Below are positions 19,167-28,907 of a stretch of 64,000 nt of DNA, one piece after another; the first letter of the stretch is position 1, and every line of letters starts with the position of its first letter. The stretch comes from Nitrospirota bacterium (GTDB lineage Bacteria; Nitrospirota; Nitrospiria; Nitrospirales; NS-4). The stretch covers positions 1 through 64,000 of the forward strand of contig CAWBGA010000004.1 in assembly GCA_963788195.1 (NCBI GenBank), written 5' to 3'. Under the pieces are notes generated by a model that saw nothing but the letters and a program-made list of their open reading frames with translations, was not told where the DNA came from and ran no database searches. The position numbers and the translations under genes were made by a program.

Positions 19167-20138
19167 ATGCAGAATGTCCGTCTAGGTCGATCAGGTCTTC
19201 GCATCAGTCGGCTGGCCCTCGGGTGCATGAATTTTGGACCGGAGACGTCTGAGAAAGACAGCTTCCGAATCATGGATCGCGCCTTGGAGCACGGGATTAA
19301 CTTTTTCGATACCGCCAATGTGTACGGTTGGAAGATGGGCGAGGGTGTCACCGAGCAAATCATCGGACGCTGGTTCGCGCAGGGCGGTGGCCGCCGGGAG
19401 AAAGTGGTGCTCGCGACGAAGGTCTATGGCCGGATGGGGGAATGGCCCAATCAGTCACGCCTCTCGGCACTTCACATCCGACGCGCCTGCGAGGACAGCT
19501 TGCGCCGGCTTCGGACCGACTACATCGACGTATATCAAATGCATCACATCGATCGCGACACGCCATGGGACGAGATCTGGCAAGCGATGGAGCAATTACA
19601 GCGACAAGGCAAAGTGACTTACTGTGGGAGCAGCAATTTCGCCGGCTGGCACATCGTCCAGGCGCAGGAGAGCGCAAAGAGCCGGCACTTTATGGGTCTC
19701 GTGTCCGAGCAGAGCCTTTACAATTTACGTGAACGAATGATTGAGCTGGAAGTTATCCCCGCCTGTATAGCCTATGGGGTTGGAGTCATTCCCTACAGTC
19801 CGCTTGCGGGAGGATTATTGGGCGGAGTGCTGCAGCGCCCGACCAGCGGTCGCCGGGCATCCGAAGACCTTCAAAAACAGGTTGAGCAGCACCGGGTGGC
19901 ATTACAGTCCTATGAATTACTGTGTAAGGAGATTGGCGAACAGCCCTCGAATGTGGCCCTGGCATGGCTGTTACGTCAGGAAGGGATTTCCTCTGTGATT
20001 ATCGGCCCGCGTACAATGGAACAATTGGACAACTCCCTTCGCGCTCTCGAGATCACGCTGTCCACAGACACATTAAAACGGTTGGATACGATCTTCCCGG
20101 GACCCGGCGGCTCGGCCCCGGAAGCCTACGCCTGGTAG
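19167..20138 (+). CDS. Aldo/keto reductase
   Basis: LGRSGLRISRLALGCM, FFDTANVYG, VLATK, SLRRLRTDYIDVYQMH, PYSPLAGG; AGGAG RBS. Confidence 0.95.
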   Translation: MQNVRLGRSGLRISRLALGCMNFGPETSEKDSFRIMDRALEHGINFFDTANVYGWKMGEGVTEQIIGRWFAQGGGRREKVVLATKVYGRMGEWPNQSRLSALHIRRACEDSLRRLRTDYIDVYQMHHIDRDTPWDEIWQAMEQLQRQGKVTYCGSSNFAGWHIVQAQESAKSRHFMGLVSEQSLYNLRERMIELEVIPACIAYGVGVIPYSPLAGGLLGGVLQRPTSGRRASEDLQKQVEQHRVALQSYELLCKEIGEQPSNVALAWLLRQEGISSVIIGPRTMEQLDNSLRALEITLSTDTLKRLDTIFPGPGGSAPEAYAW

Positions 20139-20197
20139 GACCGGATACAAAAGGTGAGGAAAAACTATCCCGGCGGCCTTAAATAATCATCAGGCCC

Positions 20198-20362
20198 GGG
20201 GGCAAAGAAATCTGTCTTGGCAGATTTCAGGGCTGGGCGGGTGTAAATGGGAGAAACGAGCTCGTCAGGGGCAAAGAAGTCTGTCTTCGCAGACTTCAGG
20301 CCGTGGGAAAGGGAGCGCGTCTCGGCGCGCTCGGGGTGGGAGGGTGTAATAGTGGGTGCAAT
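20198..20362 (-). repeat. Cluster 4 of modular hairpin mini-elements
   Basis: Minus strand: GAGCGCG-CCGAGA-CGCGCTC, GAAGTCTG-CGAAGA-CAGACTTC, GAAATCTG-CCAAGA-CAGATTTC. Confidence 0.85.
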
Positions 20363-20621
20363 GCGAGCTGGAGGAAGCTCCAGGCGGTCAAGACGGAGTC
20401 TGCCTGAGCACTCCAGCTGTCAGGTTTACAATAATCCGGTGGCTCTGTCGGGTTGAGCATGACGCCTGCTGTTCCAGTGCGATTTTCGCCGCGGGAGATT
20501 ATTGAAGCCGAATCTGTTTTACTGTTCCAGCGGCGCTCGCGATCAGCGGGTTGAATAGAGCATAGCCGCCATGGTGTCGCAGTGCCCCGCCGCCAGCGGG
20601 CAGAACTAGGTTGAAGCCGAC

Positions 20622-20820
20622 AAGAGTCTGTCTTGGCGACTCCAGCGGCGGGTCGGATGAATGGATCAGAGCCGGTGCAATGGGGACGAGCTGTCCAGCC
20701 GTGCAAGGGTTCGAGTACTCCAGGCCACGGGAGAAACGAGCTCGTCAGGGGCGAAGGAGTCTGTCCCGGCAGACTCCAGGGTGAGGCGGTCGGGTGTAGG
20801 GCGAGCTTGGCGGGTGTGAT
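20622..20820 (-). repeat. Cluster 5 of modular hairpin mini-elements
   Basis: Minus strand: AGCTCG-CCC[insert carrying GGAGTCTG-CCGGGA-CAGACTCC]GA-CGAGCTCG, plus a degenerate copy near 20624-20643. Confidence 0.8.
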
Positions 20821-20868
20821 TGACGCTCCATAGTTGTCATGGGATACTTGACATCACAACGGAGGACT

Positions 20869-21162
20869 ATGGTCACAGTACGGCTACTAGGAAATCTTGT
20901 CTCATCTACTGGAGAGCGCGAGCTGCTTTGGGAAGTAAGCGAGCCGACGCCACTTCGTCCGTTGCTCGAGCAGCATAAGGATGAGATCCCAGAGGTTCTG
21001 CAGCTCCTCGGACAAAAGGAACCGGAATGCATGCTGACCGTCGGAATCCGGATCGCCACGAATAATACGATCGTGAAAGACGGCGATCTCATAAAGGTAA
21101 CGCCGCATAACAGCCAGCTTCATGCCGCGGATTTCCCCACTTGGCATGGGGGTACGACCTAA
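20869..21162 (+). CDS. MoaD/ThiS-like (beta-grasp) protein with C-terminal extension
   Basis: MVTVRLLGNL..TPLRPLLE..TIVKDGDLIKVTP; ends ..WHGGTT; GGAGG RBS at 20861. Confidence 0.75.
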   Translation: MVTVRLLGNLVSSTGERELLWEVSEPTPLRPLLEQHKDEIPEVLQLLGQKEPECMLTVGIRIATNNTIVKDGDLIKVTPHNSQLHAADFPTWHGGTT

Positions 21163-22985
21163 CCGGCCCGGGACTTCTTCGCCTTCCGGCGTTCTTCTTG
21201 GTCGAGCTTTCGTTTTCGGATTCTAAGGCTGGTGGGTGTGACCTCGACGAGCTCGTCGGCACCGATGTATTCCAGCGCCAACTCGAGCGACATCTCTCGG
21301 GGTGGAGTCAACACGAGGGCATCATCTGAGCCGGACGCACGCATGTTGCTGAGGTGCTTGGCCTTGCAGATATTGACGTCCAGATCCTCATCTCGTGAAT
21401 TTTGGCCGATAACCATACCCTGGTACACCTCGACCTGAGGGCCGATAAACAGGACACCACGTTCCTGGGCAATATTTAACCCATACGCATTACTGGTGCC
21501 GGTTTCATGCGCGACCAACGAGCCATGGGTGTTGAGTTGGATGGCCCGCGGTTCAACCTTTTCATAGCCTAGGAAGATATGATGAAGAACGACGGTGCCC
21601 TTCGTCTTACTGAGAAGATAGCTCTTGAGGCCGATGACTCCCCGCGTTGGAATGTGATACTCCAGATGCAGGTTATTATGAGCAGTCAGCTTCATGTGCC
21701 GCAGTTCGCCCCGGCGGGGCCCAACGGCTTCGATGACCGCCCCCTGATATTCGACGGGCACCTCAATCGTTAATTCTTCATAGGGCTCAAGCGTCACGCC
21801 ATCTTCTTCGCGGAGGATGACCTTTGGCTGAGAGACCTGGAGCTCATACCCTTCGCGCCGCATCGTCTCGATGAATACAGCCAGGTGAAGCTCACCCCGG
21901 CCTGCGACCAAAAAGGACTCAGCGGAATCAGTTTCATCCACGCGAAGAGACACATTCGTCTCAAGCTCTTTATAGAGCCGGTCGCGCAGGTGACGCGAGG
22001 TCAGGTACTTGCCCTCTCGGCCGGCGAACGGGCTGTTATTGACGGAGAACGTTACCTCCACCGTGGGCTGATCGATGGCGACTGGGGGCAGCGCCACCGG
22101 ATGCTCGGCGTCGGCCAGCGTCTCGCCTATGCCGATGTCGGCAAATCCCGCAACCGCCACGATCTCTCCCGCTTCGACCCTGTCGACCTCTTTTCGTTCT
22201 AATCCTTCAAAGATCAGAAGATCAGTGGCGCGACCTGGTATCTGGGTGCCATCAGTCTTAATTTGCATGAGGTTTTGGCGCTTGTCGATAGACCCCGACA
22301 ACAGCTTCCCAATGCCCATTTTCCCTTTGTAGGAATCGTGTACCAGGGCCAGCACCAGCATCTGAAGAGGACGGTCGCGAAAGATGGGAGGCGCCGGGAT
22401 CTTATCGAGGATCGTTTCGAGCAAGGGAGCGATATCAACGCCCGGTTTCTCGCTGTCGAGAGACGCGGTCCCGTTCAATGCCGATGTATAGACAATGGGG
22501 AAATCAAGTTGCACATCGGTCGCTCCCAAGTGCGCGAAAAGATCAAACGTGCGATTCACAACGTCTTCAATTTGCGCATCGTGGCGGTCGACCTTATTAA
22601 TAACGACCACGGCCTTATGGCCTAGAGAAAGCGCTTTGCGCAGCACAAAGGTCGTCTGCGGCATCGGCCCTTCTTTCGCGTCCACCAGGAGGAGCACCCC
22701 ATCAACCATCCGAAGCGTACGCTCGACCTCGCCACCGAAGTCGGCATGCCCTGGGGTATCCACAATATTAATCTTGACCCCATTGTACAAAACACTGGCG
22801 TTCTTAGCCTTGATAGTGATACCGCGCTCACGCTCCTGGTCCATCGAATCCAAAATGCGCTCACCCATGCCTGTGATGTTCCGATGAGCGCTGGTCTGGC
22901 GTAGAAGCGCGTCCACCAGAGTCGTCTTCCCATGGTCCACGTGCGCGATAATCGCGATGTTGCGGAGATCGGTCCGTCGCATCAT
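21159..22985 (-). CDS. typA: Translational GTPase TypA/BipA
   Basis: NIAIIAHVDHGKTT, ERERGITI, DTPGHADFGGEVER, NKVD, GRGELHL, KHLSNMRASGSD. Confidence 0.97.
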   Translation of the reverse strand: MMRRTDLRNIAIIAHVDHGKTTLVDALLRQTSAHRNITGMGERILDSMDQERERGITIKAKNASVLYNGVKINIVDTPGHADFGGEVERTLRMVDGVLLLVDAKEGPMPQTTFVLRKALSLGHKAVVVINKVDRHDAQIEDVVNRTFDLFAHLGATDVQLDFPIVYTSALNGTASLDSEKPGVDIAPLLETILDKIPAPPIFRDRPLQMLVLALVHDSYKGKMGIGKLLSGSIDKRQNLMQIKTDGTQIPGRATDLLIFEGLERKEVDRVEAGEIVAVAGFADIGIGETLADAEHPVALPPVAIDQPTVEVTFSVNNSPFAGREGKYLTSRHLRDRLYKELETNVSLRVDETDSAESFLVAGRGELHLAVFIETMRREGYELQVSQPKVILREEDGVTLEPYEELTIEVPVEYQGAVIEAVGPRRGELRHMKLTAHNNLHLEYHIPTRGVIGLKSYLLSKTKGTVVLHHIFLGYEKVEPRAIQLNTHGSLVAHETGTSNAYGLNIAQERGVLFIGPQVEVYQGMVIGQNSRDEDLDVNICKAKHLSNMRASGSDDALVLTPPREMSLELALEYIGADELVEVTPTSLRIRKRKLDQEERRKAKKSRAG

Positions 22986-23006
22986 CTAGCTTAGGTCTCT
23001 GGTCAT

Positions 23007-23036
23007 AAAAAAAGCCGTCCGCCGGCGGCGAACGAC
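23007..23036 (-). terminator. Intrinsic terminator-like hairpin in the typA leader
   Basis: GTCGTTCGCC-GCC-GGCGGACGGC followed by T7 on the minus strand, about 20 nt before the typA start. Confidence 0.6.
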
Positions 23037-23173
23037 CTGGCTCCTCAGAATAGCATAAAAATCATTGAGATAAAAGTCGCAGTGGTAGAAATCCTGAGCC
23101 CCACGCGCTTTTGCAAAAGACGAGTCGGGCTTGTTGTGATTGCCTCAGGGGCAGGGTATTATGAAAAGCTAGA

Positions 23174-25487
23174 ATGCGCGTATTCCTCAAGACGCTCTTC
23201 ATTACCACTGTCATTGTCGTCGGCCTAGGTGGGGGCGTGGTCGCGGGGACGGTATGGTACCTGCTCCGGGACCTTCCCCCGATCACAGGCCTGCACGAGT
23301 ATCAACCCAGCCTGGTCACCCGTGTCTATTCCGCTGATAAACAAGTCATCGGACAGTTCTTCGTCGAGCGCCGGATTCTTGTTCCGCTTGCAAAGATCCC
23401 CCGCACACTGGTGAATGCAGTCATCGCCACCGAGGACTCCCGCTTCTTTGAACACCGAGGCGTTGATTTTGTGGGCATTGGCCGTGCGATGCTGACAAAC
23501 ATCCTCTCCGGAAGAATACGGCAGGGCGCGAGCACCATCACGCAACAGTTGGCGCGGTCGCTGTTTCTTTCTCCCAAACGTGATTTCGAGCGGAAAGTCC
23601 GGGAAGCCCTGCTCGCTCTCAAGATCGAACAACTGATTGGCAAAGAGCAGATTCTGGAGCTGTACCTGAACCAGATTTATTTTGGCCACGGTGCTTATGG
23701 CGTGCAGTCTGCCGCGCAGACGTATTTCAACAAGGACGTCGGGCAATTGACTTTGGGCGAGGCCGCTTTTCTTGCAGGGCTTCCCAAGGCGCCGTCGGAC
23801 TATTCACCGTACAATCATTATCAGGCTGCCAAGCGACGCCAAAGTGTGGTTCTCAAGCGACTGGCCGATGAGGGGTTTATTACTCCTAAACAGGCCGAGG
23901 AGGCCGGCGCTGAGTCTTTGTCGTTTCGACCACTCTATCGTGATGATGTCGCGCCGTATTTTGTGGAGCGTGTCCGTCAGCGACTTGTTGCGGACTACGG
24001 CGAGACGATGGTGTACAAAGGTGGACTGCAAGTCTATACCACCCTGTCCCGACCGGCTCAGCTTGCTGCGACCGCCGCCCTTGAAGAAGGGCTGCGACAG
24101 CTCGATAAGCGACAGGGGTACCGGGGGCCGCTGCGTCGAGCGAACACTGCCGCCAACCAGAACGAGTTGACGATGAGTGCCATGGCGGTGGGACCCCTTC
24201 GCCAGGGAGAGGTGATTGAAGGTGTCGTCACCAAGATTGCCCGAGACGGCATCATCGTGACGGCGCAAGGAGTACCAGGGAAAATCCCGTTTGATGACTT
24301 CGCGTGGGCTCGACGTCAGGCTCGGGCAACAGACGCGGGCAAAGCCAAAGACACGACAAAGCTCTCTTGGAGAATTCGTTGTCGGCGACGTGATCGAAGT
24401 CAAAGTGAAAAAGGTCGGTACTCCTCTCGCACAGTTCAGTCTTGAGCAAACCCCGCAGGTCGAAGGCGCGTTGTTGTCGCTTGATCCTCGTACCGGAAGA
24501 ATCGTCGCTATGGTAGGGGGTTACGATTTTAAGCGAAGCGAGTACAACCGTACAGTGCTCTCGCGGCGGCAGCCGGGGTCGGCTTTCAAGCCCATCATCT
24601 ATGCGACTGCGGTCGAGAAAGGTTTTTCACCCGGTACCCCGCTGATCGACTCGGGCGTGGTATACAACGAAAACGATCCGGATATGATCTGGCGTCCGGA
24701 AAATTACGATCAAAAATTCTATGGTCAGATCTTGATGCGCGAGGCGCTGGCCCATTCGCGTAATGCGGCGACCGTTCGTCTGCTGGAGAAAATCGGTGTG
24801 CCGGCTGTCCTCGATCTCGCCAAGAAAGTCGGTATCACGTCTCCGCTTGCCCATGACCTTTCTCTTGCCCTTGGGTCGTCTGGTGTCACCGTGCAGGAAT
24901 TGACGGCGGCCTACGGCATTTTTTTGAACCAGGGTCTTAGCCTGGAGCCGTACCTCATCGAATCCGTCGTGGATGCGAACGGGGAGTTCCTAGAGAATCA
25001 TCTTCCGGAACCGCGGCAGGTTCTCTCAAAGGAGACTGCTTATCTCGTGACGAACATGATGGAGGACGTCATTCAACGAGGCACTGCGCAGGCGGCGCGA
25101 GGCATGGGTCGTCCGCTGGCAGGGAAGACAGGCACAACAAACGATTTTACAGATGCCTGGTTTGTTGGAGGGGCGCCGAATCTCGTGACCGGTGTGTGGG
25201 TCGGCTTTGATGACATCAGATCCCTGGGCGAAAAAGAAACCGGTTCGCAGACGGCATTGCCGATCTGGATGAACTACGTCAAAGTGGCGCTAGAACCCTT
25301 ACCTGTCATACCATTTACCATTCCAGATGGAATTGTCTTCGCGAAGATAGATCCCGCTACCGGATTACTGGCGCCGGACGGTGCGAGTAGCGGCATGGTG
25401 GAGGTGTTCGTGAAGGGAACTGAACCGACTCAACACGCTGGCGAGAAGTCTTCCCCCTCCGACTTTTTTAACCTCGACAAGCTGTGA
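23174..25487 (+). CDS. mrcA: Penicillin-binding protein 1A (transglycosylase, OB, transpeptidase), one frameshift
   Basis: EDSRFFEHRG, GASTITQQLAR, RQPGSAFKP (SxxK), HSRN (SxN), GKTGTTN. ORFs 23174..24445 and 24291..25487 join near 24370. Confidence 0.93.
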
Positions 25488-25509
25488 CAAACTGGCTCGG
25501 AAAGTTAGC

Positions 25510-25722
25510 TTATGACGCGGCGTCTTTGTATTCTTCATGCCAGGCCATTTGAATCGCCTCGAGAATTTTTTCGTTTGATTTCTCCGCTTTGCCGACGAAA
25601 TCGGGGATCTCGCTGACCCATTTGTGCAGGTCTGTGAAGCGCACGGTCAAGGGATCAACATCCGGATGGCGTTCCATTAATTGCAGGGCGATGTCTTCAG
25701 TATCGGTCCAGTTGAGCTCCAT
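25510..25722 (-). CDS. iscX: Fe-S assembly protein IscX
   Basis: LNWTDTEDIA..HPDVDPLTVRFTDLHKWV..SNEKILEAIQMAW. Confidence 0.95.
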   Translation of the reverse strand: MELNWTDTEDIALQLMERHPDVDPLTVRFTDLHKWVSEIPDFVGKAEKSNEKILEAIQMAWHEEYKDAAS

Positions 25723-25742
25723 GTTTGTACCTTTCCTCTCTT

Positions 25743-25895
25743 GTCACGCTGAACCCTTCGCCTGTCATGCTGAGTGAAACGAAGCATCTAAGCTGTCCCG
25801 TTCAGGGTAAATCCGTGAACAACACGGAGTTTATCCTGAGCCTCGAATTGAGATCCTTCACTGGTTCAGGATGACAGCGAAGGACTCAGAATGAC
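25743..25895. repeat. Triple-nested imperfect palindrome (GTCATNCTGA...TCAGNATGAC REP-like family)
   Basis: 25743-25761 pairs with 25877-25895; 25762-25789 with 25851-25877; 25801-25817 with 25823-25840. Confidence 0.8.
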
Positions 25896-25900
25896 CATGC

Positions 25901-27732
25901 TTATGGGATCTGTGATAGCTTTTTGTCTTTCAGTGCTTCTTGCAGTGAGTGATTCATCAATCGCTCAGCCAATGGATATGACGTCTTGTTAAGCTCTTCG
26001 ATCGCCTGCCGAATTTTTCGATGATCCCCCTCGGTCATGACCTGTTTCAAGGCGGCGACGGATTGGCGGATCGTCTCCAGCTCCGCCGGCGTGACTAAGC
26101 CTGGAGCTTCCGCCGCTCGGCCGAGAGCTTTCTCCGTAGCCCGAAGAATACTGTCCGCTTCATTGAGCGCTTCGATCCGCTGCCGTTCCTGAATGTCCTG
26201 CTTCGCAAAGACGTATGATTCGTGGATCATGCGCTCCACTTCCTGGTCCGCGAGACCGTAAGAGGGTTTCACCTCGATTGACTGGGCCTCGCCGGCGCGA
26301 ACATCACGGGCGGTCACGTTGAGAATGCCGTTAGCATCGATCATGAACGTGACTTCGACGCGTGGGACACTGGCTGGAAGCGGAGGGATCTTCAACTGGA
26401 ACCGCGCCAGACTGCGATTGTCCTTGGCGAGTTCCCGCTCGCCTTGCAGGATATGAATGTCCACGGAGGTCTGTCCATCCACGAATGTCGTGAACATCTC
26501 CTTGGCACTTGTCGGGATCGTCGTGTTACGGCGAATCAGGCTGCTCATGACACCGCCCATCGTTTCGATTCCCAGTGTGAGCGGGGTGACGTCCAGCAGG
26601 AGCATGTCCTGAATGCCCCCGGCCAAAATGCTTCCCTGAACCGCCGCGCCGAGGGCGACGACCTCATCCGGATTAAGCTCACAATGCGGGGATTTTCCGA
26701 AGAGTTCCTGCACCTTCTTACGAATAAATGGAATTCGCGTGGAGCCGCCAACCAGCACTACTTCGTCAATGTCCGCGGCAGAAAAACCTGCGTCGGCTAG
26801 AGCCCGGCGGGTCGGGTTCAAAGTCTCCTCCACCAGATCTTTGATAAGGGTCTCGAATTCGGCGCGAGTCAGGATCCGCTGGTAACTGCTCTTACCGTTC
26901 GGCAGGGGCACTTTGATGGAAGCCTCGTTCTCTGAAGACAGCCGACACTTCGCCTCTTCAGTGCGGACACGGACTTCCTGCGCGAGTTGGGGGTGGTCTT
27001 CGATACGGAGGCCATGCTGCGTCTTGATCTCGTTGAGTACGACTTCCATCAGACGTCTGTCGAAATCATCGCCTCCCAGGTGGGTATTGCCGTTTGTGGC
27101 CAGCACCTCAAAGATGCCGCCTTTGAGCTTCAGGATCGAGATATCAAAAGTGCCGCCGCCTAAATCGTAGACGGCAATGATGCCCTGTTTGCGTTTCTGA
27201 AGCCCGTAGGCGAGTGCCGCTGCAGTCGGTTCATTGACGATGCGCATGACCTCCAAACCGGCAATCTTACCGGCGTCCTTCGTGGCCTGACGCTGGCTGT
27301 CATTGAAGTAAGCCGGAACGGTAATGACCGCCTTGCGCACCTCTTCCCCAAAGAACCGCTCGGCGCGCATCTTAAGTTCCTTGAGAATCATGGCCGAGAT
27401 TTCCGGCGGTGTGAGCACCTTGTCGCCGAGGTGGATTTGGATCACGCCCGCCTGCTTCCGTCAGTCGATAAGGAAAGTACTGAAGCTCGTCTTTCACGTC
27501 ACTGAGCCCTTTCCCCATAAACCGCTTGACGGAATAGACGGTGCGTTCAGGGTGGCGCGTGAGCTGCTCCTTCGCGGCGTCACCGACCAGTAGTCCTTCG
27601 GGCGTATAGGCCACAATGGACGGGACGAGCGTGTGCCCATCTCCGTCCGTAATCACGGTCGGTGTCTTTATCCTTCATGTAGGTGATCAGCGAGTTCGTG
27701 GTACCTAAGTCAATGCCGACAATCCGTGCCAT
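25901..27732 (-). CDS. hscA: Fe-S chaperone HscA (Hsp70 family), two frameshifts
   Basis: [14 protein letters not shown] (manual), [28 protein letters not shown]; follows hscB with a TAATG overlap. Confidence 0.92.
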
Positions 27733-28433
27733 TATTTCAAAGCCTCCGCGATATTCCCGAGCATCGTGTTTAGATAATTTCGCTGGGACAGGATGTCACG
27801 CATCTGTTTGAGCACCCGCTCTCGTTCAGTCTTCTGGGGCTGATCGCCCGATGGCTTTTCCACGACATGGTCCCAGATGTGAAAGAGCTCCGCCAAACGC
27901 TGCTCCAATGCGCTCCGTTTGGCCTCCAAGGTGCCGCGTTCCGCTCTCAGGCGGGTGATGATTTCCTGAGTGGTTGTTCCGTGATCGGTCTTGACGCGTT
28001 GTAACTCCTCAAGCTGTTCCTGAATTTCAAGCAAGGTCTCGAAAAGATCAGTGGGAGGTTTGCCTGGAATCTCTTTTGCAGATCCGGCTTCCAACCGCAA
28101 TAGATATTCCACACGCTCAATCGGATCCTTGAGGGTGTGATACGCTTGGTTGAGGGTCGCTGAGTTGGCGAGACTCACGGCCCGCTCCATTTCGGTCTTG
28201 CCCTCATAGAAATCAGGATGAAATGCGCGGCTCATTTCGTAATACTTAGTCTCAAGCTTGCCGGTATCGATATTTAATTTTCGGGGAAGGCTCAGGGCAG
28301 TGAAGTAATCGATGTCTTTGGAGAGCGGCTGGACCTTGACACACTGCTGGCAAAAGTACTCCCCTCCGATATCCGACTGGCAGTGCCAACACATGCTGCG
28401 GGCCATGGGAAGTTCTTTTTTCGCCGTTTCCAT
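27732..28433 (-). CDS. hscB: Co-chaperone HscB with N-terminal tetracysteine motif
   Basis: CWHC..CQQC, J-domain HPD, LNQAYHTLKDP..R.EYLL; isc context. Confidence 0.92.
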   Translation of the reverse strand: METAKKELPMARSMCWHCQSDIGGEYFCQQCVKVQPLSKDIDYFTALSLPRKLNIDTGKLETKYYEMSRAFHPDFYEGKTEMERAVSLANSATLNQAYHTLKDPIERVEYLLRLEAGSAKEIPGKPPTDLFETLLEIQEQLEELQRVKTDHGTTTQEIITRLRAERGTLEAKRSALEQRLAELFHIWDHVVEKPSGDQPQKTERERVLKQMRDILSQRNYLNTMLGNIAEALK

Positions 28434-28443
28434 AGGATTCTCC

Positions 28444-28473
28444 AAATAAAGAGGCCCGGCTGGTGGCCGGGCC
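28444..28473 (-). terminator. Putative intrinsic terminator/attenuator between iscA and hscB
   Basis: GGCCCGGC-CACCA-GCCGGGCC followed by TCTTTATTT on the minus strand. Confidence 0.55.
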
Positions 28474-28518
28474 CATGCTGCTTAAGGACGCTGGCAGGGC
28501 CGGAGGCCCGGCAGACGG

Positions 28519-28893
28519 TTACGCCGAAAAAGACTCCCCGCAACCGCAGCTCTTCGTGGCGTTAGGATTACTAAACTTAAATTGGCCGCTCAACAAATCC
28601 TTGTGATAGTCGAGCTGCGTGCCCTGGAGGTAAATCGCGCTCTTCATGTCGACGATGACGCGGATATCTTCGACGTCATATACCTGGTCGTGGGGGCCGA
28701 TCTCGGTATCAAAATTCACCGTATAGCTCAAACCTGAACAGCCGCCGCCCTTCACGCCCAGCCGCAACGCCGCTCCGTCGACACCTTGCACTTCCTGTAG
28801 GCGCTTTACCTCGCGAATGGCGTTCGGAGTCAATGTGACGATTGGCACAGTTGCTTCAGAGGTCGTTACTTCGGTCTTGTCCATTGCTGCCAT
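28519..28893 (-). CDS. iscA: Fe-S assembly protein IscA
   Basis: LRLGVKGGGCSGLSY, NPNATKSCGCGESF. Confidence 0.95.
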   Translation of the reverse strand: MAAMDKTEVTTSEATVPIVTLTPNAIREVKRLQEVQGVDGAALRLGVKGGGCSGLSYTVNFDTEIGPHDQVYDVEDIRVIVDMKSAIYLQGTQLDYHKDLLSGQFKFSNPNATKSCGCGESFSA

Positions 28894-28907
28894 CCTCCCA
28901 ATGGCTG

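Noticed and set aside
23174..27732. mrcA and hscA as pseudogenes or programmed frameshifts
   Set aside because: Motifs are intact, I saw no slippery-site plus stimulator structure, and similar indels are widespread in the window.
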